From Euryarchaeota archaeon UBA462 (GTDB lineage Archaea > Thermoplasmatota > Poseidoniia > Poseidoniales > Thalassarchaeaceae): DNA of 64,000 bases. Position 1 is the stretch's first letter. Every line of letters starts with the position of its first letter. Below, piece after piece: positions 9,646-19,493 of the stretch. The position numbers were made by a program, and so were the translations under genes. Under the pieces are notes generated by a model. That model saw only the letters and a program-made list of their open reading frames with translations. It did not search any database and was not told the origin of the DNA. Location: positions 2,853 through 66,852 of the forward strand of contig DAYD01000016.1 in the NCBI GenBank assembly GCA_002506755.1, written 5' to 3'.

Positions 9646-10480
9646 TTCCTTGGTCGCATCTGAAACGACCTCGGAACGCATAGCGGCTGACTCCATTCTG
9701 TTCAAGAGCCTGCTTTCTGAAGGAAAATATGAGCAAGCTGTCGAAATAAGTGAGTCAATACTCCACCAATCCAGAAATCTCAAGGATAGGCATTATGAAA
9801 CAGAAGCTTGGATTAGAATGGAAAGGGCTCTCCTCGGAATTATTGGATCGGAGGATGTTGGCATAGAACTTAGGTGGTGTGTCGATAGGTTCTCATCGAT
9901 ATCTTCCGGCTCTGCCTTACATGGGCTTGCGCTCCTAAACCTCGCTTCTTGGCATATCAACAACCAGGAGCATATGATGGCCCTAGTAACACTCTCTGAC
10001 ATTACGGCCTCCGCCGGACATCCGAATGACATAATTGGCCTTTCCCGTCTAGAATCCGGGCGCATACTAATTGAAATTGGGGATCTGCAGCCAGCAATGC
10101 GACATCTTTGGATAGCAATGAAAAGACTCTCATCAGAGAACATGGGGCCAGAGGCTATTGTCTGTGCAATGGAGTGGTTGGACATCGCCCTGGATAACGT
10201 AGACGAATCTACTCCACGAATGGAAGAGAGAATATCCAACGCTAAACCAAGGGAAAATCCGGGGATGTCTTCCTCACCCTCTAACCCCGAGGATATTAAG
10301 GAGGTTGTTGAATTCCTCCTTAAGTCCTCATCAGATGACCTTTCCGGACCTACACGGGATGATCTTGGGCTCGTACTAGATGCTAGCGATCTTATTGGGG
10401 AAAAATCCTGGAGAGAAGCACTTCACTCCAGATTGGGGGAAATTCAGGATCCAAGGCTAATCGAGGCACTCCAGTCGTGA
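9632..10480 (+). CDS. Hypothetical helical (TPR-like) protein
   Basis: 282-aa ORF coupled to pfdB; helical repeat pattern (ALLNLASWH, LESGRILIEIGDLQPA). Confidence 0.6.
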   Translation: MKGGNSLVASETTSERIAADSILFKSLLSEGKYEQAVEISESILHQSRNLKDRHYETEAWIRMERALLGIIGSEDVGIELRWCVDRFSSISSGSALHGLALLNLASWHINNQEHMMALVTLSDITASAGHPNDIIGLSRLESGRILIEIGDLQPAMRHLWIAMKRLSSENMGPEAIVCAMEWLDIALDNVDESTPRMEERISNAKPRENPGMSSSPSNPEDIKEVVEFLLKSSSDDLSGPTRDDLGLVLDASDLIGEKSWREALHSRLGEIQDPRLIEALQS

Positions 10481-10851
10481 GACCTTAATCTCTCTATTTC
10501 TTCTGCGCCCCATGCCGTCTCCTCTGGTGGTACAAGGCACCACCCAACCTCCCCTATTGAGGGATCATTAGACTCCCATGGGTCGGGAATGGCTTCTGTC
10601 TGGACCTCTACAAAGACCACTGATCCACCGTCAATTAGATCGTTATCTATCGCTTTTGCAATGCCTAGCTTCCCCGTTTCTTCGAATAGTTCTCTGAGAG
10701 CTGCCTCGTCAACAGCCTCTCCTTTCCTAATGGCGCCTCCTGGCAGCTCCCAACCCCTCTCAACATGCCGCACCATTAGCCACGCATCCATGTCTCCGAA
10801 TGCAGGGATTGCCCATACAATTACAAATTCTCTCTCAGACATCCAATTCAC
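10444..10851 (-). CDS. NUDIX hydrolase
   Basis: Nudix box GGAIRKGEAVDEAALRELFEETG. Confidence 0.9.
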   Translation of the reverse strand: MNWMSEREFVIVWAIPAFGDMDAWLMVRHVERGWELPGGAIRKGEAVDEAALRELFEETGKLGIAKAIDNDLIDGGSVVFVEVQTEAIPDPWESNDPSIGEVGWCLVPPEETAWGAEEIERLRSHDWSASISLGS

Positions 10852-11806
10852 CTATCAATTCCTCAACCAGATCGGAAACGCTTTCATCTCCCTCTGCCAT
10901 CATCCTTCTAGCTATGAAAAATGCCTCTACCACATGACCCGAATTCCTCAATTCTAATATTTTTCCGAGAAGGCCCTCATCGTCTTCAGGATAAGGCTCG
11001 TCATCCTTTTGGATTTTTGATGACATCCTACGAAGCTTATCTTGGAAATCTGCCTTATCCTGTATCGGGGGTTCCTTCCAAGGAGTCCCTTCATTTCTAT
11101 CAAACTTATCAGACATCCTTTGTTTGAACCTGTCCCTTGATGTAGAATCTGGATAGACCGTTTGTGATTGATCATAACAAAGCCAAGCTTCATCAAAATC
11201 CCCCCTCTTTTCGTGCATTCTGCCCAATTCGTCCCAGGCCTCATGGTTATTCGGTCTGTGAGCTAATAGGTGTCTGGACAAATCGAGGAATAAATCTTCA
11301 TAACCCCCTCTTCTCACTCTTTCAAGTCTTCTGGAGAACAAAATGTTTGCTCTTTGATCCGAAACGTCGAGACTTCTCAACCGGTCTGCAAACTCATTCA
11401 AACCAATCTTTCCATCCTCGATTTTACTCCACCAAGTATCAGGATCTAATGGATCCTCGGAAATCGCTGCAAGTAGTAGGTCTTCGTAAGAATCTAGGAT
11501 CTCCACTCTGTCCAACTGGACCATCAATTCCGGATCCCTTCCAAGTACAGAAAATAGATCTTCCAAAACTGCCCTAGACCCTTCGTAATCCTTCGCAATT
11601 AATTTGGATTTGATCAATACCTTCCAATTGTCCTCATTTGTGAAATCGTACAATACGCTCTGTCTGGCACTTTGCTCGCCCCAGGCCAGATTTCTAGGAT
11701 CATTTTCTGCGATCCTAAGAAACTTCTCGGCTTGGCTCCTGTATCGATTCCCCAAGCTCCTCCTAGGGTGTTGCAGTGATTTGGATAGGCTGGTCTCGTC
11801 AGGCAT
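10835..11806 (-). CDS. TPR-repeat protein
   Basis: PNNHEAWDELGRMHEKRGDFDEAWLCYDQS is a typical TPR unit. Confidence 0.7.
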   Translation of the reverse strand: MPDETSLSKSLQHPRRSLGNRYRSQAEKFLRIAENDPRNLAWGEQSARQSVLYDFTNEDNWKVLIKSKLIAKDYEGSRAVLEDLFSVLGRDPELMVQLDRVEILDSYEDLLLAAISEDPLDPDTWWSKIEDGKIGLNEFADRLRSLDVSDQRANILFSRRLERVRRGGYEDLFLDLSRHLLAHRPNNHEAWDELGRMHEKRGDFDEAWLCYDQSQTVYPDSTSRDRFKQRMSDKFDRNEGTPWKEPPIQDKADFQDKLRRMSSKIQKDDEPYPEDDEGLLGKILELRNSGHVVEAFFIARRMMAEGDESVSDLVEELIGELDV

Positions 11807-11815
11807 ATTGATTTC

Positions 11816-13087
11816 TCACAGAACCGACTCATAGGGGGATCTGTCGATTCCAGGGTCAATTGTAGCATCCATCCCTATTTTACTGGTCTTACCATCTTTG
11901 GACCTGCTAGGGTCTAGGCTTGATCCTTTTTGATCCGAGAGGATTATGGTGTCCGTATCTGGCTGCCATCTAGTCATCAAGGCCCACTCAACTCTCGAGT
12001 GGTCTGCAACGTCTATGTCCTCATCAACCACAATTACTTGCTTCATCGACTTGTGCCCATCCAAAGCAGCTTTGATTGCGATCCTCCCATCCCCGACTTC
12101 CTTGGGTATAATTTGGACCACCGATGACAACCAACCGCTTCCTCCCTCCGTCAGGTATACGTCAGTGCACTCAACAACTTCTGAGACTGCTGACTTTATT
12201 GTTGGGGCTCTGGGCATGCCCATCAAAGTCATGTGCTCAACTCCCGCTGGGATTAATGCATGAAATATGGGGGAATCTCTGTGATGGATAGCGTCGTACT
12301 CAATCACTGGTTCGAGCCTAATGTCATCAACTGTGCCTGTGATGTCGACATATGGGCCCTCCTCATCGGTATTTTGAGTAATCCTAGCCTCCATTACGTA
12401 TTCCGAGTCAGCCGGCGCCATTACTCCATTTGATAGTTCGAACACCCTCAATTCCGAACCATACAGCCTTTCATGTAAGGCAGAGGCAACTTTGAGCTCA
12501 TCCAATGGATGATCAAATGACATTGCTCCTGCAAGTAGTACCACTGGATCCGGCCCATTCACAACTGCAATATTCACCTCATCACCAGAGCCCTTTGCGG
12601 TCTCAAACATAGTCCTCAGATGGCGCGGAACTAGTCTAACGCTTGTCGTGTTGGCGCTCCTTATTAGCTGCCTGTGGAAAGAGGTATTCCTCAAACCACC
12701 ATATTGAGCGATAATTATTGAGGAAGATTGGTATCTGCCACCATCTTCAGGATAGTGCCACGGTACTGGTATATTCCTTATGTCCAGATCTTCCATTGTG
12801 TTATCCATTACAGGCGCCTCAGAAGACTCTACAACCACTGGCTCGGAAGGATTCTCCATAGCCCAAGCCAAAATATCAATCAGCTCACCCGGGCTAACAT
12901 GAAAGTACTCGCAAAGCCTGCTCCTTGTGAGGATATTTATCGCTATTCCATGGCCGGGTGCTTCCTTTACTCGATTGAATACCATGGGGCGGTTAGAATT
13001 AGCAGATGACATTTCCCGAACTTGAAAATTAACACTCACTTCCTCATCTGAAACGTCGCTTCCAACGATGAAATCCCTGAATCCCAT
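11816..13087 (-). CDS. UbiD-family (prFMN) decarboxylase, probably anhydromevalonate phosphate decarboxylase type
   Basis: Start placed at MGFRDF (13087). DGGRY, RLVPRHL, EGPYVDITGT, VIVVDEDID, GSSLDPS, KIGMDAT. The EGP-x-VDITGT form resembles archaeal mevalonate-pathway UbiDs more than the EGPFGDHTG quinone decarboxylases. Confidence 0.85.
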   Translation of the reverse strand: MGFRDFIVGSDVSDEEVSVNFQVREMSSANSNRPMVFNRVKEAPGHGIAINILTRSRLCEYFHVSPGELIDILAWAMENPSEPVVVESSEAPVMDNTMEDLDIRNIPVPWHYPEDGGRYQSSSIIIAQYGGLRNTSFHRQLIRSANTTSVRLVPRHLRTMFETAKGSGDEVNIAVVNGPDPVVLLAGAMSFDHPLDELKVASALHERLYGSELRVFELSNGVMAPADSEYVMEARITQNTDEEGPYVDITGTVDDIRLEPVIEYDAIHHRDSPIFHALIPAGVEHMTLMGMPRAPTIKSAVSEVVECTDVYLTEGGSGWLSSVVQIIPKEVGDGRIAIKAALDGHKSMKQVIVVDEDIDVADHSRVEWALMTRWQPDTDTIILSDQKGSSLDPSRSKDGKTSKIGMDATIDPGIDRSPYESVL

Positions 13088-13223
13088 GCTAAGGTGAGCC
13101 CGCCCAAGCCGCTTCAATGTTGGCTCATTATTTACCTTCATCAGCCTAAACTCTCTGAGTATCCTTCCCGTCAGTCTCATAAACGAATGGCATTTCGACG
13201 GGCCGTCATTTTGAGGTATATGC

Positions 13224-13664
13224 TTGGGTCGAGGGCTTTTTTCTGGTTCTAAGATGAAGTCTGATCGAAAGAGGTACCGTTGGAAAGAGAGACAATTCAG
13301 GAACAGGCAGGCCAAAAGAAAAGGAGGTGGTGTGCTAAAGCACGATCCACTGAGAGGAAGCCCACAAGCTAAGGGAATTGTGATAGAAAAGGTCGGCTTC
13401 GAGGCCAAACAACCCAACTCAGCAATAAGAAAGGCCGTAAAAATAAGCCTGATTAGGACTGGTAACAGGCTTACTGCATTCGCCCCCGGAGATGGGGCAA
13501 TTTCATTCATAGATGAACACGATGAGGTTATGGTCGAAGGCATAGGGGGAAGCAAGGGAAGATCATATGGCGATCTTCCGGGTGTCAGGTACAAGGTAAT
13601 CAAAGTAAACGGCGTTTCACTCGACGAGATGGTCAGGGGCAGAAAGGAAAAGCCAGTCAGATAG
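13224..13664 (+). CDS. rps12: 30S ribosomal protein S12 (uS12)
   Basis: [21 protein letters not shown]; TTG start with GAGGT upstream. Confidence 0.97.
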   Translation: MGRGLFSGSKMKSDRKRYRWKERQFRNRQAKRKGGGVLKHDPLRGSPQAKGIVIEKVGFEAKQPNSAIRKAVKISLIRTGNRLTAFAPGDGAISFIDEHDEVMVEGIGGSKGRSYGDLPGVRYKVIKVNGVSLDEMVRGRKEKPVR

Positions 13665-13672
13665 GTGAGAAA

Positions 13673-14278
13673 ATGGAAGAATCTAGTGAGGTTTCCGAGG
13701 CACCCATAGCAGGGATAGGGACGATGGTGTTCGGTAAGTGGGATGCCAGCGAGGTTGTTTGCAGCGACCCGGGTATTTCCAGATACGTCAATCTAAGGAT
13801 GATCGGGGCACCACATACAGGAGGGAGGCACGCAAACGCTTGGTTTGGTAAGCAAGACCTCTCAGTCACAGAGAGATTCATCAACAATCTAATGCGATCA
13901 GGCAAGTATAGCGGGAAGAAGCAATACTGCGCCAAGTCTCTGGAGGAGGCGTTTGACAGGATAAATTCCAGGACTGGGGAGAATCCATTGCAGAAGTTCA
14001 TTGATGCAATCGCAGAAGCTGCTCCTTGTGAGGAGACAACACGAGTTAGAATTGGAGCAGTTAGTCAGCCAAAGGCCGTTGACTCCTCTCCCAGTAGAAG
14101 GCTGGACATAGCCCTCAGGAACCTCGCAATTGGTGCTGCTTCCGCCACAATGAAGAGCAAGAAATCCCTTACCGACGGGATAATTTCCGAGATTTCCAAA
14201 GCGGCAGAGGGTGATGTCAACTCGTTCGCAGTAGGCAAGAGGCACGAAGTTGAGAGAATAGCTGCCTCGGCTCGATGA
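13673..14278 (+). CDS. rps7: 30S ribosomal protein S7 (uS7)
   Basis: PHTGGRHA, ENPLQ, AVDSSPSRR, EVERIAASAR. Confidence 0.97.
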   Translation: MEESSEVSEAPIAGIGTMVFGKWDASEVVCSDPGISRYVNLRMIGAPHTGGRHANAWFGKQDLSVTERFINNLMRSGKYSGKKQYCAKSLEEAFDRINSRTGENPLQKFIDAIAEAAPCEETTRVRIGAVSQPKAVDSSPSRRLDIALRNLAIGAASATMKSKKSLTDGIISEISKAAEGDVNSFAVGKRHEVERIAASAR

Positions 14279-14371
14279 TGAAAAGCTACCAATTCTTCGA
14301 CATTCTTACCAAGATCATTTCAATCGTCTTTATGAACCGTTTTCAGGTCGGCAAAATATCAGGGTGATAAT

Positions 14372-16579
14372 ATGGGTCGCAAGGAGGACAATATTAAGCG
14401 TGCCACGGAGGTAATGCACAACAGGGAACGAATCCGCAATCTAGCAATTGCGGCACACATAGACCATGGTAAGACTACACTGTCCGACAACCTGATTGCC
14501 GGTGCAGGCATGATGTCTGAAGAGTTGGCCGGCAAATCCAGAGTTCTAGATTTCGACGATCAGGAGAGTGCCAGAGGCATTACGATAAATGCAGCCAGTG
14601 CGTCTATGGTTCACGGAGTTAATGATGAAGATTACCTGATCAACCTGATCGATACCCCCGGTCACGTCGATTTTGGTGGAGACGTTACTAGAGCAATGAG
14701 AGCCGTGGATGGTTGTATAATACTTACATGTGCCGTTGAGGGTGCTATGCCCCAGACAGAGACTGTGGTTAGGCAAGCACTCAAGGAGAAGGTTCGGCCA
14801 GTACTTTTCATCAACAAAGTCGATCGGCTAATCAACGAGTTACAGGTCACTCCCGAGGACATGATGGCCAGATTCAAAGTCCAGATAACCAAGGTAAACG
14901 ATCTGATCCGCGCCTTCGCACCAGACGAGCACAAATCCGACTGGCAGGTCGACGTCGCTAAGGGGACCGTCGCCTTTGGTTCAGCATACCACAATTGGGG
15001 TATCACTGTCCCATTCATGCAAAAGTCGGGAATCAACTTCCCCCAGATTTTCGAATACTGCCAAAATGAGGAGCAGAAAGAGCTAGCTCAGAAAGCACCC
15101 GTTCATGAGGTTCTTCTAGATATGGCCGTGGAAAAACTTCCTTCCCCCTTAATAGCCCAGGAGTATAGGATACCTAATATCTGGCAAGGGGAGCTGGACT
15201 CTGATGTGGGCAAGTCAATGGTAAGTTGTGATTCAGATGGCCCCCTCTCATTGATGATAACCAAAATTTGGATGGATCCCCACGCAGGAGAAGTTGCGGT
15301 TGGAAGAGTCTATTCGGGTACAATAAAACAAGGAGAGACCGTTTGGGCAATAGGCTCAGGGAAATCCGAGCGAGTCCAGCAAGTAAGTATGATGGTTGGC
15401 GGCGATAGAATCCAAGTCCCAGGTGTATCTGCCGGAAACATCGCTGCTCTGACAGGGGTCAGAAGTGCTGCGGCAGGGGTGACTGTGGCTAGAGACCAAG
15501 ATGCGACTCCATTCGAAGCAATAAGACACTACTCGGAACCGGTCGTCACTGTTGCGATAGAACCCAAATCAATGAAGGACCTCCCGAAATTCATTGGTGC
15601 GCTAAACAGTCTGGCAAAGGCCGATGCCTCCTTGTCTGTTTCCACTAATCACGAGACTGGGGAGGCTTTGCTATCTGGCATGGGTGAACTCCATCTCGAG
15701 ATCACTATTTACAGGCTGGAAGAAGAGCAGGGCATTAAGGTCAATCAGAGCAATCCTATAGTGGTCTACAGGGAATCCATTTCCAGCGATAATAAAGGAA
15801 TGGCATTCGAAGGGAAATCTCCAAACAGGCACAACAGGTTCTATGTCGAGGTGGAGCAACTCCCCGAGGAAGTGGTCTCTGCTCTTAGAGAGGGTGTTTT
15901 CGGTGACGGTCCCGTTAGAGCTAAAGATGCGAAAGAGACAGGGAACAAATTCGCAGAATTCGGGTTGGACAAAAATCTGATGAGGAAAATATACGCGATT
16001 AATGGAACCTCTGTTTTAGTCAACGACACCAAGGGTATTCAGAACCTACATGAGACTCGAGAATTGATAATAGAGGCGTTTAATGACGTTTGCAAAAAGG
16101 GCCCTATCGCAGATGAGCCTCTTACTGGTGTTATGGTCAGGCTCGTAGATGCGAAGCTTCACGAGGATGCCATCCACAGAGGTCCTGCACAGACTATACC
16201 TGCCGTAAGGAACTCGATAAAAGGAGCCTTGATAAGGGCCAATACCGTTATCTTCGAGCCAATCCAAAAGATACGAATAGACGCTCCGACCGAGTGGGCC
16301 GGTGGAATCACAAGGCAACTAATAACCCGAAGGGGGCTTATAGAGGACATGCCTGTTGAAGGGGATGTCACTTGTGTAATTGGCAAGATGCCAGTAGCCG
16401 AGTCGTTCGGCTTTTCCAATGACATTAGGGCCGCCACTCAAGGCAGGGCCGTTTGGAACACGGAGAATGCAGGGTATGATGAGGTCCCCCCAGATCTATT
16501 TCACAAGACCGTTGGAGAAATAAGACAGAGGAAGGGCTTGAAAGAGGAGATACCCGGTGAAGCCCAATATACGGACTAA
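14372..16579 (+). CDS. fusA: Translation elongation factor EF-2
   Basis: AHIDHGKTT, RGITI, DTPGHVDF, NKVD, diphthamide loop HEDAIHRGPAQ. Confidence 0.98.
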   Translation: MGRKEDNIKRATEVMHNRERIRNLAIAAHIDHGKTTLSDNLIAGAGMMSEELAGKSRVLDFDDQESARGITINAASASMVHGVNDEDYLINLIDTPGHVDFGGDVTRAMRAVDGCIILTCAVEGAMPQTETVVRQALKEKVRPVLFINKVDRLINELQVTPEDMMARFKVQITKVNDLIRAFAPDEHKSDWQVDVAKGTVAFGSAYHNWGITVPFMQKSGINFPQIFEYCQNEEQKELAQKAPVHEVLLDMAVEKLPSPLIAQEYRIPNIWQGELDSDVGKSMVSCDSDGPLSLMITKIWMDPHAGEVAVGRVYSGTIKQGETVWAIGSGKSERVQQVSMMVGGDRIQVPGVSAGNIAALTGVRSAAAGVTVARDQDATPFEAIRHYSEPVVTVAIEPKSMKDLPKFIGALNSLAKADASLSVSTNHETGEALLSGMGELHLEITIYRLEEEQGIKVNQSNPIVVYRESISSDNKGMAFEGKSPNRHNRFYVEVEQLPEEVVSALREGVFGDGPVRAKDAKETGNKFAEFGLDKNLMRKIYAINGTSVLVNDTKGIQNLHETRELIIEAFNDVCKKGPIADEPLTGVMVRLVDAKLHEDAIHRGPAQTIPAVRNSIKGALIRANTVIFEPIQKIRIDAPTEWAGGITRQLITRRGLIEDMPVEGDVTCVIGKMPVAESFGFSNDIRAATQGRAVWNTENAGYDEVPPDLFHKTVGEIRQRKGLKEEIPGEAQYTD

Positions 16580-18268
16580 TTAGTTGATCCTAATTAGCTG
16601 GAAATCCGTTAATTCCCTAAGAACACTAACCGCTTCGTTCGAATCTAGCTTGTCAAGACATTGGTGAGCAATCGAGTGATGATGTAATGCCCTGCCTCGG
16701 GCATATTCAACTGAGCCCGAGTCTTTGAGCTCTTTTACTGCCATCGCGAGATCTTCGTCACTACACTCCCCAGAGGCGTAAACCTTCTGGAAGTAGGGAA
16801 GAGACTGGTCACACTCTAGGGCATGGATGGCGATCAATGTCCTCTTCCCTTGGACAATATCAGATCCTGCCGGTTTTCCTAGAGTCTTAGTATCGCCTGT
16901 CAAATCAATAAGGTCATCCATCAATTGGAAACACAGCCCTAGATTCAGGCCCCATTCTGCCATATTCCCCACTTCATCGTCATTTGCCTTAGCCAGAATG
17001 GCTCCTGTCCTAGCACATGTCTCAAACATTGCACTAGTTTTGCCGGCAATCATGGCAATGTATTCGTTTTCGGTCACCGATTTTCGATTCTCAAATTCAA
17101 TGTCCTCCTGTTGACCCTCTGCGACCTTTCTCACCATCTCCCCAATTGAGGTGATTATGTGGCCTAGCTTTTCACTGGGAATCTTATCCGATTCTGCTAA
17201 TATTTCAAATCCAACCGCGAGCATAGCGTCTCCAGCGTTTATGGCGGTGGCATCGTCATATGCGACATGAACTGCATCCAGTCCTCTCCTAATTGGATCC
17301 TGATCAATGATGTCGTCGTGAATAAGTGTGAAATTGTGAATTATCTCTATCGATGCTCCCAGTGTATAGTGACCCTCATTCGCCCCGCCCAATGCTTCGG
17401 CAACCAACCTAGGAAGAATAGCCCTGAGCCTCTTACCCCCCCCTTTGAACAAATGAGTCATTGCAGAGTAAAGAGTCTCTTGCCCCATCTTTCCTAAGCT
17501 GGTCATGATTTCTTGCTCGACTATGTCCCTGTGCACAGAGAGAGCTTCTAGCAAGTTATGCCCAGGCCTTACAGGATTGCCATCCATGTCGACTTCACCA
17601 CATTGGATTATGCCTGGAATCTTCGAGTTTGCTATAGCTGACACATCCTTTCTGTTATCATGAATAAAATTCCTCCAAATGAGTCTAAACCAAGGTGCGA
17701 TTATTTCTCCGGCCCATCTGCCTTCCCCTGACATCATTTTTTCTAATGTTTCCACATCTGCCCACAGAACTTCTGAGATCTCGTTCTCATTATGATTTAT
17801 TTCAGCATCACTCTTTACGACAAGTATGTGATCTATCTCCCACTCTACCCACTCACTATCCCATCTGGCGGAATACTCCATTTTTCCAATATGGCTAAAA
17901 TCCCAATCCAAGCTATCTTCTTCTGTGATTCCCAGCTCTTGATTGAGCTTTCTTCTGGCGGCATTTTCTGCTCCTATACCATCATCTCTCTCGCCATCAA
18001 TATCCAGTGGATGACTGCAGCAACTATTTGCCCAGACGTTAGGAAAGGTAATTTTGTCAGAAGATCTCTTTTGAACCAAAAGCCTACCTTCAGAATCATA
18101 AATTAGAACACTGAAAGCTCTGTGTCTGACGCCATCCCCGCGATGAACGGATAATTTCGTCTCAGATCCGATGATATCGTCTTCCTCATTCACTAGAATG
18201 CACATCTCCTGCATCATCTCGGATTGAGCCATGTCATAGCCTTCTATCGGGGCCCCCTCAGACGTCAT
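16580..18268 (-). CDS. Fusion of type-1 isopentenyl-diphosphate isomerase and geranylgeranyl diphosphate synthase
   Basis: N-half: HRAFSV, KITFPNVWANSCCSHP, EWEIDH (IDI1). C-half: GGKRLR, FTLIHDDIID (FARM with Phe at -5), GQQED, KT, FQLMDDLID. Confidence 0.93.
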   Translation of the reverse strand: MTSEGAPIEGYDMAQSEMMQEMCILVNEEDDIIGSETKLSVHRGDGVRHRAFSVLIYDSEGRLLVQKRSSDKITFPNVWANSCCSHPLDIDGERDDGIGAENAARRKLNQELGITEEDSLDWDFSHIGKMEYSARWDSEWVEWEIDHILVVKSDAEINHNENEISEVLWADVETLEKMMSGEGRWAGEIIAPWFRLIWRNFIHDNRKDVSAIANSKIPGIIQCGEVDMDGNPVRPGHNLLEALSVHRDIVEQEIMTSLGKMGQETLYSAMTHLFKGGGKRLRAILPRLVAEALGGANEGHYTLGASIEIIHNFTLIHDDIIDQDPIRRGLDAVHVAYDDATAINAGDAMLAVGFEILAESDKIPSEKLGHIITSIGEMVRKVAEGQQEDIEFENRKSVTENEYIAMIAGKTSAMFETCARTGAILAKANDDEVGNMAEWGLNLGLCFQLMDDLIDLTGDTKTLGKPAGSDIVQGKRTLIAIHALECDQSLPYFQKVYASGECSDEDLAMAVKELKDSGSVEYARGRALHHHSIAHQCLDKLDSNEAVSVLRELTDFQLIRIN

Positions 18269-18301
18269 GTGTTATTCGAGGGGAGGTATGTATATGAACA
18301 C

Positions 18302-19105
18302 TCAACTGGCAAGAATCTTGGTTCCGATTGTTTGGCCCTCTGTCAATAACTCAGACAATCTATTTGGCTCCCTACCATCGATTATCCATACTTGTCCCAC
18401 GTGTTCTGATATCTCAGACGCCCTCATTAACTTGAGATTTATACCACCCGTCACATCAATATCAGAATCGTGATTTGACTTCAGGTGTAAACCTGGGCTC
18501 CAAAACGGCAAGAGTTCGGCATCTTGTTCGTTTGGTGGCTTATCCATAACCCCTTCTGCATCACCAATAAGGAATATTGAGTGGGTCACCCCGGGGACCT
18601 CATTTGAAATTCTTAGCATTAGGTCATCCCCCGAAAGAATACCAAATTCAGTTCCATCGTCGGTATCAACAACATCTCCGAAGGTCAATGGAATAGCATC
18701 TTCATTTGACTTTACAAAGGCGCTCAGGTTGCCTTGAAAGCTACGGCCGGTCCCCAATGCCCAGTCGGATGGGGGATGGTTTTCACATTCCAACCCGACC
18801 TGATTTAAGCTACTCATGACCAATGAATTCAATTCTCTCATATCGCTTCTAATTTGTGATACTGCAACCCTTTGTTCCAATGATATGTCACTACGGATAC
18901 CTCCGGAAATTGACCATTCCTTTGCCAATAAATGGCCATAGGAACCGGCTCCATGGACTATCACTATTGATGAGCCAAGTTCGCTAAGCTCAGCAATAGC
19001 TTCCGCTATAGCAGCCATTCTAGTATGGCAAAACGTCTTCGACTTCGCCTTATTAGTGATAAGCCCCCCTCCCAATTTGATCACAACACGGGGGCCCATG
19101 GTCAA
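18302..19105 (-). CDS. Isopentenyl phosphate kinase
   Basis: KLGGGLITNK, VHGAGSYGH, GDVV, ILSGD, DVTGGI; adjacent to IDI-GGPPS. Confidence 0.9.
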   Translation of the reverse strand: MTMGPRVVIKLGGGLITNKAKSKTFCHTRMAAIAEAIAELSELGSSIVIVHGAGSYGHLLAKEWSISGGIRSDISLEQRVAVSQIRSDMRELNSLVMSSLNQVGLECENHPPSDWALGTGRSFQGNLSAFVKSNEDAIPLTFGDVVDTDDGTEFGILSGDDLMLRISNEVPGVTHSIFLIGDAEGVMDKPPNEQDAELLPFWSPGLHLKSNHDSDIDVTGGINLKLMRASEISEHVGQVWIIDGREPNRLSELLTEGQTIGTKILAS

Positions 19106-19178
19106 TCTTTGATGGCATCGTATCTAACTTTTTCAACTCAAAACATACAGTTTAATCCAAATACCCAGTGGGTGTGAT

Positions 19179-19493
19179 GTGAAAGAACCATCAGATATTG
19201 AACGGTTCCAGAGATGGCTCCAGTCCGAATTATCCGAAGCATCTGCAATTGAGGATAAGGAAGAGAGGGAAAAAAGACAGATTCAGATCGAGATAGCTAT
19301 ATCTGAAGCTATCAAATTTAGACAGTTGGTCGACACCGTGAAGATAGCCTCGCCATTCATTCAGAGGGACACCAATGTAAGAGAACCAGGAAACTCAGAA
19401 GTCAAACCTACAGTGAAGTCTGGAGAATGTCACTCATGCGGGGCTATCAGGACTAGTGATATAGAATTCTGTCCAGTTTGTGGCGAATTCTAA
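19179..19493 (+). CDS. Hypothetical protein with C-terminal zinc ribbon
   Basis: CHSCG...FCPVCG at the C-terminus. Confidence 0.65.
   Translation: MKEPSDIERFQRWLQSELSEASAIEDKEEREKRQIQIEIAISEAIKFRQLVDTVKIASPFIQRDTNVREPGNSEVKPTVKSGECHSCGAIRTSDIEFCPVCGEF

Noticed and set aside
11816-13087. UbiD as the futalosine-pathway decarboxylase
   Set aside because: Not excluded, but the motif EGPYVDITGT and proximity to ipk/idi-ggpps favour the mevalonate-pathway type.
13088-13603. 172-aa N-terminal extension of the UbiD ORF
   Set aside because: It is largely the antisense shadow of rps12; UbiD similarity starts at MGFRDF (13087).
14372-16579. Possible diphthamide-less EF-2 paralogue
   Set aside because: The target His in HEDAIHRGPAQ is intact and the gene sits in the canonical S12-S7-EF2 operon.
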